Positions 9,071-19,077 are shown, counted from the stretch's first letter. The stretch is 64,000 nucleotides of DNA from Candidatus Hydrogenedentota bacterium (GCA_963674865.2 CAXXYE010000009.1:1472001-1536000); one strand, 5' to 3'. Numbers and translations are program-made. The notes: generated by a model from the letters alone, not told the origin.

Positions 9071-9907
9071 TCACATGTCCTTCTCTCCACGCCGCCCGGC
9101 GAACAGGATATGCGAACCGAGTTCCGGCGCGCTCAAACAGGCCTCCGATTCGGCATCCTCGAGCGCGGCCCAAACCTCCCGATCAGATTGTAACACTACT
9201 AACCTCTCCGCGGGAAGTGTCAGGAGCGCATTAGTGCCTCGCATCTCTAACACATCAAGGCCTGTTTGCGAGAGGATATGCACCAACTCCTTGCTCCGAA
9301 AGAAATGCGCCGGCTGATCGGTAAGCGTCGTCTCGCCGGGAGGGAAATCCCCCGTTTCGAGAAACGCCTTAAGCGCTTGCGGATGGCCGTCGGCAACCGG
9401 ATCCCAGCCGTAGACAAGGCCCGTCCTTAACGCGCTCAGACGGCTCATTACGCTGCCAAGAATCAATCCCCCAGGTTTGCAGACGCGCATTAGCTCCTGA
9501 AGCGCTGCTTCAACCTGTTCTCTGACGTACGAAAGTGCGCCACCCAAGCACAAAACAACATCGAACGAGCCGTCCGGCAGGAAGCTCAGATCCACAATGT
9601 CGCCCCGGTGGATCCCCGCGATGCGGCTCAGAAGGCGGGCCTCACGGAATCTCGCTTCCGCCTCGGACAGCAGCCTCTCGGAAAGATCCACCAACGTGAG
9701 TTCGCATCCCGCCTCCGCAAGTGCGAGCGCAAATCGCCCGGGCCCCGAGCCCGCGTCAAGCACCTTGCTGCCCGGTGGGATGTAACGGGCAAGGAAGCGA
9801 TGGATCTGCTCCAGTTGCACGCGCCCCAGAGGCGAGTCAAAACGGTTCCACTCGGCCCCAGCGTCCCGCTCGTAGAGGCGGCGTATCTCTTCCGGATCGT
9901 AGCCCAT
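9071..9907 (-). CDS. Class I SAM-dependent methyltransferase
   Basis: VLDAGSGPG motif I, LVDLS, GSFDVV. Confidence 0.9.
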   Translation of the reverse strand: MGYDPEEIRRLYERDAGAEWNRFDSPLGRVQLEQIHRFLARYIPPGSKVLDAGSGPGRFALALAEAGCELTLVDLSERLLSEAEARFREARLLSRIAGIHRGDIVDLSFLPDGSFDVVLCLGGALSYVREQVEAALQELMRVCKPGGLILGSVMSRLSALRTGLVYGWDPVADGHPQALKAFLETGDFPPGETTLTDQPAHFFRSKELVHILSQTGLDVLEMRGTNALLTLPAERLVVLQSDREVWAALEDAESEACLSAPELGSHILFAGRRGEKDM

Positions 9908-9966
9908 CAGCCTGTACCTCTTTCCCTGCATCCGTCCGGCGCTTGTCGAGTCCCGCGCCGCGCGCG

Positions 9967-11325
9967 CTACTCCCTCGCCACAGGCTTGCGCACCTCCAGA
10001 TGAATATTGCTTGCCTCTGCGCCGAGTTCCATCCAAGGCTCGTGAGGACTATGAACGGTGATGACGCCGAAAAGATCCCGCCCGCCGATAGCCGGATCCT
10101 TGGACTTGACAAGTACAACGGCGCGATCGCGCCCGTCGTGAACCGTGCAATCGACAAACTCGACTCCCCCGTGGCTCTGCGTCAACTCGGGGCGGCGCAA
10201 GTTGATGAACACCGGCGCGTGGCCTTCCTCAGGCTTCGACTCGCCCGCCCAGGCGTTGCTCCAGTTGCAGTTGGCGAACCGCACGCGCACGTTGTCGGCA
10301 GACTTGTCGTAAATCTTGGCGCCTTCCTTGCCGGTGTCTTCGGCGGTGCAGTTGCGGAACTCAACCATCCCTTGAGGGCCGTCATCCTTCACGGCCCCCA
10401 CCACCATGCCCGCCGACTTGCCCCCGCGGCAGAGGCAATTCTCGAACAAGACGGAAACAGGTTCGGTTTCGCGCGAGAGGTTCTTCAGGTAGACGAGGAT
10501 CCCGTGCCCCTCGTTATTCTCCATGACGCAATTGCGGATCACGCAGTTGACGAGTTTCTCGGCGGCGTGGTTTGGCTCGAGATCGATGCCTGCCGCCGGG
10601 CCCGTGCCGGAGGTATTCGAGAAGGCGCAGTTCTCCACGAGCAGATTGACGGCGCCGATCACGCTCAGGCCTTGTCGGTGATTGTCATCGCACACCACAT
10701 CGCGGATCACCACGTCCTCGCAGTACGGCAGGTTGCCCGTCGCGCCCAAGTAGATGCCGTCGCCGCCGCTGCTCTCCAGCCGGAGGCCTTCCACCCGGAT
10801 CCCCTTGCATCCGCGGAACGCCAAGGCCATGCGCCATTCCGCTTTCTCATAGGCATCGCTCTGATAGTCCCTCTTGCGCATCCGCAGGACGGCCCCGTAA
10901 CCGCGGAGCGTGATATTGGCCTCGTCCCTGGCGGTGAAGAGGCTATCGCCCTTCCCTTTGAACTCGCCTTCCTTGGCCAGCACCAGCACGCCGGGCGCGA
11001 ACGTGATCTCCAGATTGCTCCGCAGCGTGATGGGCCGGACGATCCACGGCGTGCCCATGAAGGGCACCACCACCCGCGGCGCGCCGCTGTCGATGGCCGC
11101 CTGGAGGGCCTCTGTCGAATCCTCCGCGTCAAATCCCCAACGCGACGCGTCCACGCTCTCTACCGCAGCGGCCTCCGGCTCCGCGGGCCCGCCCGGGGCC
11201 GTGGCGCATCCCGCGCAAATGGTGAGAAGCCCCGCCAGCAACCTGGCCACGCCCCGCGCGTGTCTCCCGCTTGCCCTTCCAGCCTCGCCGCCCTCCTGCC
11301 CTTGCCTGTGTTTCCAAGATCGCAT
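9967..11325 (-). CDS. Right-handed parallel beta-helix (pectin-lyase-like) lipoprotein
   Basis: CAGC lipobox; DSTEALQAAID; GDGIYL, NHRQGLSV, GIDLEPN beta-helix repeats. Confidence 0.8.
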   Translation of the reverse strand: MRSWKHRQGQEGGEAGRASGRHARGVARLLAGLLTICAGCATAPGGPAEPEAAAVESVDASRWGFDAEDSTEALQAAIDSGAPRVVVPFMGTPWIVRPITLRSNLEITFAPGVLVLAKEGEFKGKGDSLFTARDEANITLRGYGAVLRMRKRDYQSDAYEKAEWRMALAFRGCKGIRVEGLRLESSGGDGIYLGATGNLPYCEDVVIRDVVCDDNHRQGLSVIGAVNLLVENCAFSNTSGTGPAAGIDLEPNHAAEKLVNCVIRNCVMENNEGHGILVYLKNLSRETEPVSVLFENCLCRGGKSAGMVVGAVKDDGPQGMVEFRNCTAEDTGKEGAKIYDKSADNVRVRFANCNWSNAWAGESKPEEGHAPVFINLRRPELTQSHGGVEFVDCTVHDGRDRAVVLVKSKDPAIGGRDLFGVITVHSPHEPWMELGAEASNIHLEVRKPVARE

Positions 11326-11648
11326 GATGCTTCCTCGCCTTTGTTTGATGCATGAACGCACTGTCAACGCAGAAAGTCAGAATATAGGAGCCTGCCGGAC
11401 ATTGCCAGCAGCTCGCCTTCACTCCGTATCGCTGGGGAACTCGACAGCGCCGTGTCCGCCCCACGTTGGACGTGCTCCGCGATTGGTGGAATATCCAGTT
11501 TCTTCGGCTTCCCAGCCGTATGCCCACAGCCATGGCGGAGCCTCTTCGCTGGAATCATACAGGGCCATAGGTTCTAATCCTCCCGGAATGGCCGTCCACG
11601 GCAAGCTTGTGTTGGAGCGGCATACGGTTGAGCTGTCTCCCGTCTTGC

Positions 11649-11676
11649 GTCACCGTTCAACGTCGTGGATTGTCTA
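11649..11676 (+). promoter_or_regulatory. Candidate ECF-type autoregulatory promoter
   Basis: GTCACC-N17-GTCTA directly upstream of the SD of the ECF gene. Confidence 0.4.
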
Positions 11677-11701
11677 TTCTAAAGAGCAAGAGGACGGGAG
11701 C

Positions 11702-14700
11702 ATGTTACGAAGTCGAGGACAGAGCGACGCGAAGGCCGTGGCGGCGGTTTGTCGCGGACAGGTAGCCGCGTTCGGCGAATTGGTGGACTACTATCTGCCG
11801 GTGGTTCGGGCGCTGGCATACAGCCAGACGCGGAACCACGCCGATGCGGAAGATATCATCCAGGAGACTTTCTTGCGGGCTTTCCGCTCGTTGCCTGCGT
11901 TGCGAGATGCCCATCGCTTTGGATCGTGGCTCGTCACGATTGCGCGCAATACGGGACTGAACTTCCTCAAAGCGCGCACGCGCGAGGCGGAAGTGCTTGC
12001 AGACTACCGCCCAAGCGAGGTCGTCGAGTCGGACGCAGCCGCGCATGAGCTACGCGCTCTGATCCGGACGCGCATCGATGACCTCGAGCCGCCGCACCGC
12101 GAGGTGCTCCTGCTCTACTACTTCGCACACAAGTCTGTGGCCGAAGTGGCCGGCCTGCTGTGTATCAGTCGCAGTGCGGTTAAGAAACGGCTCCAGCGAG
12201 CGCGGGAGACGCTTGGAGAGAGTCTCCTTGATAGTGTCGGGAGGGATCTCGCGCTCGAAGGGGACCTGCCTGAATCGAAAACGCGAATCATGATGGCGGT
12301 GATGGCCTGCCCGATCCCGCAAGGGGGAATAGTGGCGCTGGAGGCTGTCGGCAGTGGCGCGGCGGGCCATACACTCGCTACATTGGGAGGGGCTCTTGTG
12401 CTCAAGAAACTCGTGCTCGTCGGCGTTGTCGCCGGAGTGGCCTGTCTGACATGGTGGGGGCTCCGGACAAGGAACGAAGAGCGAGACGGCCAAACACGAC
12501 TCACCGCGAGCCAATCGCTGAAGGCGTCTGCGCCTTCGACGCAGCCCTCCGAAGCAATGGTTGAGACGGCACGTTCTTTCGTAGACGAGGACACTGCGTC
12601 GCCAGGGGGACCTCTCGAGATTGACGTATCCGGGATCGTGCTTGAGCCGTCCGGAAGGCGGGCAGCAGAAGCGAAAGTGATAGCGTTCACCGAAACGCCG
12701 GAGACTGAGGTCGAGGCAAAGTCAAACGCGGCCGGCGTGTTCGAGATGGCAGGATTTGTGCCGGCTAGTGAGCTGTACCTGCGCGCGAGCCTGGGACAAT
12801 GGATAAGCAAGCTCTATGGCCCGATCCCGTTGAGTGACGAAGGACTGGACGGTTACCAAATCCAACTGGTGGTGCCCGGAGGCGCGCGCGGCATGGTTGT
12901 CGATCTGAAGGGCGTGCCGGTGCAGGGCGCTGGCATCCGTGTCCGTCCCGGAGACAAATCCCAGGAGGACTTGAAGGTAACCGCTGGTGCGGACGGCGCG
13001 TTCCGTGTGTTGGGCCTCGTTCCGATGGAATACGCGTTTACGCCGGAACCGCCCGATGCCATGAAAGCGCTGGGCGGCGAAGGTGTTTCCATTCAGGTGC
13101 AGGCCGGCGTCGTCCGCGAGGGCCTTCGACTGGTTCTCGACTTGGGCGGCGACGCCGTCATCTCGGGGCGAGTACTCGACACGGCGGGATCTCCCGTTAG
13201 CGGCGCCTTCGTTTGCATCTTCAATCAGGTGGACTGGACAACACGTAGCGATGAGGACGGCCACTACCGCCTCGAAGGTTTGTCGGAGGCCACCCACGCC
13301 GTAGAAGCATATAAGCGTGGATATGGAACGCGAACACACTGGGAAGTGCCGGGCGGAAGTGAAAATATCGATTTCGTCCTGCCCCAGGTGCAGACTACAT
13401 TCGCAGGCCAAGTTGTACGAGCGGATACGCTCGTACCGATTCGCCGCTTTGAGGCGCTCGTACTTCCGGGGGGAAGCCCGGACAACTTGCAGCAGTTCAG
13501 AAATTGGGCATTCGTGCCGTTCGAGGACCCCGAGGGGCGGTTCCGCATCGACGATGTCGAGCATTTGGGATATGGTTGGGCCCTCTACCTGGCGCGGGCG
13601 GACGGCTTCGCGCTAGCGCACGAGGTCGTCCGGATTGCTGACGAAGGCCCGCCGGTGGAGCCCGTACTACGTCTGGACGCGCAAGCGACGGTGAACGGGG
13701 TGGTCGTGGATGCATCGGGGAAGCCGGTGCCCGGTAGCCGCGTATTCATCGGGCCTCTCCGCGACCTCGCGAACCTCACGCAGGAATCGGCAGCTATCGC
13801 CAACGCGGACGGCTCGTTCGCCCTGAACGGCCTCTCGGAAGATACAGAGATCATCTCAGCCTATCATGCGGACTATCCGCCCGGGGCGACAACCGTGTCT
13901 CTGAAAGCCGGTGAGACGACGTCGGTGCGCATCGTGCTTTCCGAAGGCGGCGTCCTTGAAGGCGTTGTCACGCTGGACGGCAGGCCTCAGGCCGACGTCA
14001 GCGTGTCGCTGCATCAGCCAGGCGAGCTTGGCGGCTCTCTGTTCGATGGGCACTCTGATACCTCCGGGCGCTTCCGCTTCACGTCTTTGACGCCGGGGCC
14101 TATGGAGGTTTCCGCATTCTATCCGCGTGCTGAGAACAGTTCTTCCCACGCGACACGTCGCCTTATTCAACCTGTAGTCATTGCCCGGGGGCAGACTACG
14201 GTGGTGGATTTGGACTTGCGAACCTGGGAGGGCGTATTGGAAGGTACAGCCCACTACGACGGCCTCTTGCCGAGATCGGGACACCTGAAGGTGTTTGCCG
14301 CGTCCGACGAGGGGCGAGCCTTTGCCAGCACGGGCCTTGACGGTGGAGCGTTCCGAATCGAAGGGCTGCCACCAGGCGCTGCACAAGTCGAGGCGACGGC
14401 CTTCTTCGACAATGTCGGATCGGTGGTGCGTACGAAACACCTCGACATCGAGTTGTTGGAGGGCCTGAACGAGATCACCGTAGACTTTGCTCAGGGCGCG
14501 CGACTCGGAGGCTCCGTAGCGGGCCTACGTGTCGAGGAGGAGGCATTTGTCGACGTTTATCGGGGAGCGCTTGACGAAGTGCAGCTCGCCGACAACCACC
14601 ACAGCGATCTTGTTTGGCAGGGGCCGCTGCGAGGAGACGGGACGTTTCTCGCAACGGGTTTTCAGCCCGGCACGTATACGATCCGAGTCACTATCTCAGA

Positions 14701-14806
14701 TGGATCCGCCGCCATCGCCTCTGAACGCGGAGTCGCCTTGGCCGGCGTGGTGGTCGATCTAGCCAATGACAAAGCAGACGGGTGGGTGGAATTCTCCGCT
14801 CACTGA
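11702..14806 (+). CDS. ECF sigma factor fused to a TM helix and carboxypeptidase-regulatory-like beta-sandwich repeats
   Basis: Sigma2 (DAEDIIQETF, FGSWLVTIARN), sigma4 (SVAEVA..SRSAVKKRLQRAR), TM, repeated G.V.D..G.PV.GA motifs; SD before ATG 11702. Confidence 0.88.
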   Translation: MLRSRGQSDAKAVAAVCRGQVAAFGELVDYYLPVVRALAYSQTRNHADAEDIIQETFLRAFRSLPALRDAHRFGSWLVTIARNTGLNFLKARTREAEVLADYRPSEVVESDAAAHELRALIRTRIDDLEPPHREVLLLYYFAHKSVAEVAGLLCISRSAVKKRLQRARETLGESLLDSVGRDLALEGDLPESKTRIMMAVMACPIPQGGIVALEAVGSGAAGHTLATLGGALVLKKLVLVGVVAGVACLTWWGLRTRNEERDGQTRLTASQSLKASAPSTQPSEAMVETARSFVDEDTASPGGPLEIDVSGIVLEPSGRRAAEAKVIAFTETPETEVEAKSNAAGVFEMAGFVPASELYLRASLGQWISKLYGPIPLSDEGLDGYQIQLVVPGGARGMVVDLKGVPVQGAGIRVRPGDKSQEDLKVTAGADGAFRVLGLVPMEYAFTPEPPDAMKALGGEGVSIQVQAGVVREGLRLVLDLGGDAVISGRVLDTAGSPVSGAFVCIFNQVDWTTRSDEDGHYRLEGLSEATHAVEAYKRGYGTRTHWEVPGGSENIDFVLPQVQTTFAGQVVRADTLVPIRRFEALVLPGGSPDNLQQFRNWAFVPFEDPEGRFRIDDVEHLGYGWALYLARADGFALAHEVVRIADEGPPVEPVLRLDAQATVNGVVVDASGKPVPGSRVFIGPLRDLANLTQESAAIANADGSFALNGLSEDTEIISAYHADYPPGATTVSLKAGETTSVRIVLSEGGVLEGVVTLDGRPQADVSVSLHQPGELGGSLFDGHSDTSGRFRFTSLTPGPMEVSAFYPRAENSSSHATRRLIQPVVIARGQTTVVDLDLRTWEGVLEGTAHYDGLLPRSGHLKVFAASDEGRAFASTGLDGGAFRIEGLPPGAAQVEATAFFDNVGSVVRTKHLDIELLEGLNEITVDFAQGARLGGSVAGLRVEEEAFVDVYRGALDEVQLADNHHSDLVWQGPLRGDGTFLATGFQPGTYTIRVTISDGSAAIASERGVALAGVVVDLANDKADGWVEFSAH

Positions 14807-14838
14807 CGGATAGGGCCGCTTGCGCTGGGCGCGAGGCG

Positions 14839-15537
14839 TTACCGAGAGTCTTCAAGTCCGTCGAGAGTCTCAAGGGCCTTGACGAATGCCCTCGTCATGG
14901 GGAAAGGGCCGGGATAGGGAAGGAATGCGGTGTGGCCGTCTAGGTAGGCCACCCACGCGCCGGAGGCGCGGTAGTGCCCCGGGCGCTCCACAAACACGGG
15001 GATACGAGCAGCCACATCGGCGTCGTGGTCGAAAGGGACGCCCTCCTTGTCGAGGAAATCAGCCATCTCCAGTCGAAGGCGGTAGAGCGTGTCGCCGCCC
15101 AGCGTGCCTGTGCCGGCGGCGACGGGGATGTCCGTGTCGAAGCCCGCACCTTTGGCCGCTTGCTCCCGGTATGCTTGGACAAACGCCTGGCCTTCCGCCT
15201 CATTGGTGACGGCGAAGCCCAGGTACACCATGTAATCATCGTCGAAGCACGCCTCCGAAGCATCCTCGGCCACGTAATCCGGATTCATCATATCGAGATC
15301 AAAGGTGAGGTGCCCGGCTTGCGGGGCCATTGCGGGGAACAGGCCGTCGCGCTGCCCGGCAAAGGCCGCGGCATACGTCCAAGCCTCTTGGGGCGCCACA
15401 CGCGCATCCGCTTGCCGTAGGCTCTCCTGCATCCGAAGCAGGAGCAGGCAGCCGGGGATAAGCGTGAGCGCCCAGACGACGGCGCAACCGCCGGCAATGG
15501 GATTGAACCACAGTTTTCTTACTGGCTTCTGAGCCAT
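14839..15537 (-). CDS. Membrane-anchored protein with H-X9-DG-like (DUF1559-associated) C-terminal motif
   Basis: N-terminal TM; C-terminal H...GAWVAYLDGH. Confidence 0.6.
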   Translation of the reverse strand: MAQKPVRKLWFNPIAGGCAVVWALTLIPGCLLLLRMQESLRQADARVAPQEAWTYAAAFAGQRDGLFPAMAPQAGHLTFDLDMMNPDYVAEDASEACFDDDYMVYLGFAVTNEAEGQAFVQAYREQAAKGAGFDTDIPVAAGTGTLGGDTLYRLRLEMADFLDKEGVPFDHDADVAARIPVFVERPGHYRASGAWVAYLDGHTAFLPYPGPFPMTRAFVKALETLDGLEDSR

Positions 15538-15583
15538 GGGCCCTCGATGGGACTCCTCGACGCGGGAGACCCCGCCCCTCCGC

Positions 15584-15701
15584 TAGTGTTCTGACTCATG
15601 ATTGACGTTGCTTATCTGCGGACAAAGAAGCGCCAAGAAGAAGCGAAAAACGGGGACTGACACAAGCGGAGCGAAGCGAGACGTGTCTGTCCCTGCTTTT
15701 C
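15584..15701. repeat. Dispersed intergenic hairpin repeat, copy 2
   Basis: Direct repeat of 8939-9057. Confidence 0.9.
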
Positions 15702-15717
15702 GAGCGTGCGTCATACG

Positions 15718-16872
15718 CTAGAGCCACCCCGTCATCTCGGCAAGCTGAAGCGAATAGTCTTGGAAGTTAGCCCACGAGACATCCGGCGGCACGCCGTGGT
15801 CGCATCCGGGGACATAGCCGCCATCCTCGACCACCGGCCGGACGCGCTCAAGTTCAGCCTTCAGGATATCCCCGCCCGCCGCCATGGCGCGCTTGTCGAT
15901 GCCGCCGCGATAGGCGATCTTCTTGCCGAACCGCTTGCGATACTCGTTGATATCGTTTCCAGCGGCGACCTCCATGGGATCCACGCAGTTGATCCCGCAT
16001 TCGAGATACACGGGGATGAGCTGATCGATGCGCCCGTCCGAATCGACCGCGCAGATTTTGGCGCCGTGGGCCTTGCCGAATTCCACCCAGGCCCGGTAGC
16101 TCGGCGCGCAGAACTCGCGCGTCATATCCGGGCCGATCATGGGATGCTCTTTGTAGGCCATATCCTCGGAGAAGTGCAGCCCATCCGGCTCCGCCAACTC
16201 GAAGATGGGGCGCATCGTCTCCATCGTGAACTCGAGCCAGAAATCCGCCATGGCATGCACCAAGTCCGGCTGCGTCAACATGAGCATGCAGAGCCCTTCC
16301 ATGCCGCAGAACTCGCGCAACTGCCAGAACGGCCCGTTGAAATGCACTTCGAGGTAGTAATCCCGCTCGCGAAGTTGGGCGCAGCGCTCCTCGAAATCCT
16401 CGGGAAAACGCTTCGGATCTTTTGGATTGAACCGCCACTTCATGTTTTCCCAGTCTTCCCAACTCTCCACCGGGAACTTGTGCCACTTGCGCGTCACAAA
16501 ATCCTTCGCGGAGCGGATGTACGTGTAGTCGTACGTGTCCGAGATCTCGGTGATGGCGCCCATCCAGTCCTGGACGATGTAGTGGCCGTCTTTATGTTCC
16601 AACACCTTTTCCTCGAAGGTGGGGAGCATCGCGAACGACACGCCGTGACTTGTCACCGGCTTCTTCGGGCGGAAATCACCCGGCGGCAATCCCTTCTCCG
16701 CGCGCTTGGCATCGATGAGCTTCAGCACTTCCTCAACCGGATTGGCCCCCTCCGGCATGCCCTGTTCCGTCCACGCCTTCCGCGTCGATTCACGCCCCCC
16801 GCCGGGACTGAACGGGATCTTATCCGGTTTGCCGAACAGAATCGTCTCGAGAAAACGCTCGCGAGGTGTCAT
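15718..16872 (-). CDS. Uroporphyrinogen decarboxylase / MtaA-CmuA family protein
   Basis: MTPRERF start, EDMAY...MIGP, DSDG, GGIDK, GGYVPGCDHGVP. Confidence 0.85.
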   Translation of the reverse strand: MTPRERFLETILFGKPDKIPFSPGGGRESTRKAWTEQGMPEGANPVEEVLKLIDAKRAEKGLPPGDFRPKKPVTSHGVSFAMLPTFEEKVLEHKDGHYIVQDWMGAITEISDTYDYTYIRSAKDFVTRKWHKFPVESWEDWENMKWRFNPKDPKRFPEDFEERCAQLRERDYYLEVHFNGPFWQLREFCGMEGLCMLMLTQPDLVHAMADFWLEFTMETMRPIFELAEPDGLHFSEDMAYKEHPMIGPDMTREFCAPSYRAWVEFGKAHGAKICAVDSDGRIDQLIPVYLECGINCVDPMEVAAGNDINEYRKRFGKKIAYRGGIDKRAMAAGGDILKAELERVRPVVEDGGYVPGCDHGVPPDVSWANFQDYSLQLAEMTGWL

Positions 16873-16943
16873 CACGCTCCCCTTATTTGCCCATCGCTTT
16901 CGCAACCGCGCCAAGAGATTGCCCGGAAGTGTAGGCGGAAGAT

Positions 16944-16992
16944 GGGGACTGACACAAGCGAAGTGAAGCGCCGACGTGTCCGTCCCCGGTTT
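16944..16992. repeat. Dispersed hairpin repeat, copy 3 (hairpin core only)
   Basis: GGGGACTGACACAAGCG..GAAGC..GACGTGTCCGTCCCC, just downstream of tyrS. Confidence 0.8.
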
Positions 16993-16999
16993 CCGCTGC

Positions 17000-18271
17000 T
17001 TACACGAACTTGAGCAAGTGGTAGTTCTTCTTGCCGGTTCGGACAACGGCGATGTGCTCTGAAATGAGACTATCCGTCGTCAGCTTGGCCTCGTGGCTGT
17101 CTATGCGCACGTTGTTGAGATATAGGCCGCCGCTTTGAACCATTCGCCTGGCCTCGCCTTTGCTCTTGAAGACGCCGCATTCGGCCAGCACATCGATCAA
17201 CGCTCCGCCCGCGCTCAATTCCGCGCGGGGACGCTCGCTCGAAGGCGCCTCGCTGAACACATCCTCAAGGGTGGCGTCGTCGAGTCCGGCCAGTTCGCCG
17301 CCGAATAGTGCCTGCGAAGCGCGGATGGCGTTCTTGAGGGCCTCCTCGCCGTGGATGAGCCGCGTGACCTCCTCGGCGAGCCGCCGCTGGGCGGCGCGCT
17401 TCTCCGGGGCCTCAGAGACCTTCTCCTCGAGGGAGGCGATTTCCTCCTTGCCGAGGAGGGTCATCAACCGGAGCAGCCGGGACACGTCGGCGTCGGCCTG
17501 GTTCAACAGGAACTGGTACATCTTGTACGGGGACGTGCGGTTGGCGTCCAGCCACACATTGCCGCTCTCGCTCTTGCCGAACTTGGCGCCGTCTGCCTTG
17601 GTGAGCAGCGGGAAAGTCATGCCGAACGTCTCGGAGCCCCTGAGGCGGCGCGTGAGGTCCATCCCTGCCACGATGTTCCCCCACTGATCGCTCCCGCCCA
17701 CCTGAAGCCGGCAGCCATGCGTGTCGTGCAGGTGAAGGAAATCGTAAGCCTGGAGCAAGCTGTAGGAGAACTCGGTGAACGAAATGCCGTGATCGCGATC
17801 CTCGAGTCGGCGCTTGACGGATTCGCGCGCAATCATCACGTTGACGGAGAAGTGTTTGCCCACGTCCCGGAGGAATTCGATCAGCGAGAACGGTGTGAGC
17901 CAGTCGGCGTTATTGACGATAATCGCCGCATTTTCTCCTTCAAAGTCCAGAAATCGCTCAATTTGGGAACGCTGTCCCGCGATGTTGGCCTCAATGGCGT
18001 CTCGATCGAGGAGTTGCCGCTCGTCCGTCTTGCCGCTCGGGTCGCCGATCATTCCCGTTGCCCCGCCCATGAGTACGATGGGCTTGTGGCCGTGCATCTG
18101 AAGCAGACGCAGGCCGATAAAGGGGAGGACCTGGCCAATGTGCAGGCTATCCGCCGTGGGATCGAAACCGCAGTAGAAAGTGAATCGCTCCTTGGCGAGG
18201 TGGTCGCCAAGTTCCTCGTGCGTTAATTGGTTGACAAATCCACGCCATTGTAGTTCTTCAAAAACGTTCAT
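17000..18271 (-). CDS. tyrS: Tyrosine--tRNA ligase
   Basis: YCGFDPTADSLHIG, GGSDQWGN, KFGKS, C-terminal S4 domain. Confidence 0.98.
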   Translation of the reverse strand: MNVFEELQWRGFVNQLTHEELGDHLAKERFTFYCGFDPTADSLHIGQVLPFIGLRLLQMHGHKPIVLMGGATGMIGDPSGKTDERQLLDRDAIEANIAGQRSQIERFLDFEGENAAIIVNNADWLTPFSLIEFLRDVGKHFSVNVMIARESVKRRLEDRDHGISFTEFSYSLLQAYDFLHLHDTHGCRLQVGGSDQWGNIVAGMDLTRRLRGSETFGMTFPLLTKADGAKFGKSESGNVWLDANRTSPYKMYQFLLNQADADVSRLLRLMTLLGKEEIASLEEKVSEAPEKRAAQRRLAEEVTRLIHGEEALKNAIRASQALFGGELAGLDDATLEDVFSEAPSSERPRAELSAGGALIDVLAECGVFKSKGEARRMVQSGGLYLNNVRIDSHEAKLTTDSLISEHIAVVRTGKKNYHLLKFV

Positions 18272-18775
18272 CGGTTATCTCCAGATACAGAGTATCCATC
18301 GCTCAGGATGCATGACGATCTGGGGGCCGAGCCCCAGGGAATTGCATTAGAAGAAGGGTAGGTTCAGGCGCGTGGGTACGACAGGCAGACACACAACGTG
18401 TCTGCCCATTCTCCTTTATCCCGGTTCTTTCCATGCCCCGTACGCATGCCGGGAGTCTACCAAATCCTGGCCGGGGCTTCAAAGGCCGCCGCGCCTCGGA
18501 CGTCAGGCCTCCCGTGGTTCGGTATCGCAAGTGATTGGCGTACAAGATGTTCTCGGTAGGGGCGATCCCACCTGAGAAGCCGGCACGACTCGAGTGGCGC
18601 GTTGGCCGATAGACAAGGCAGCACCAAGTGGCTGTCTGAACAGTTCGGACTCGCCGGCGACGAATGGACGGCCAGTCGTTCTGTATGCTATGGTAGATAC
18701 TGCTATAATGGCGGTGTTCCGTCGAAGCGCCCGGCCTCGTAAGGCCCCGTGTCCAAGAACTTTGGGGCCATCGGC

Positions 18776-18805
18776 TTGACATAGCCGCCGGGCGTATGTT
18801 AGCGT
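18776..18805 (+). promoter_or_regulatory. Sigma70 promoter of the tRNA-tuf operon
   Basis: TTGACA-N18-TAGCGT with TG extension; a second TGnTATAAT at 18701-18709. Confidence 0.55.
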
Positions 18806-18855
18806 ATCGCATCGCCGCCTACATGCGAGGCGGCGGTTGGTTTTATGGGAGTTCC

Positions 18856-18931
18856 GCTGGCGTAGCTCAGTTGGTAGAGCAACGGATTTGTAATCCGTAG
18901 GTCGGGGGTTCGACTCCCTTCGCCAGCTCCA
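18856..18931 (+). tRNA. tRNA-Thr(TGT)
   Basis: Cloverleaf, anticodon loop TTTGTAA, TTCGA T-loop, encoded CCA. Confidence 0.97.
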
Positions 18932-18973
18932 GTTTTATCGTGTAGTGTGACGCGCGGTAGGCGCTGACCACGT

Positions 18974-19058
18974 GGTGGGTTGTCCGAGTGGTTAAAGGAG
19001 ACGGGCTGTAAACCCGTTGGCTTAGCCTACGTTGGTTCGAATCCAACACCCACCACCA
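18974..19058 (+). tRNA. tRNA-Tyr(GTA)
   Basis: Anticodon loop CTGTAAA, long variable arm, CCA. Confidence 0.97.
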
Positions 19059-19077
19059 TTTTTTGGCTGTGGGCTGG

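Noticed and set aside
11419..11604. 61-aa minus-strand ORF in the divergent intergenic region
   Set aside because: No SD and no family signal; it could be a remnant but is unsupported
10910..11701. N-terminal extension of the ECF ORF (similarly the extensions of ORFs 5533-7086, 6716-7807, 26447-27538, 45267-45860, 60091-61482)
   Set aside because: Most overlap other genes or tRNAs; SD-supported starts lie downstream
8939..16992. CRISPR array or integron attC sites
   Set aside because: Copies are kilobases apart with no spacer periodicity, no cas or intI genes, and no clear RYYYAAC/GTTRRRY ends
18272..18855. T-box riboswitch upstream of tyrS
   Set aside because: No GGTGGNACC-type T-box sequence on the tyrS strand; only nonspecific hairpins
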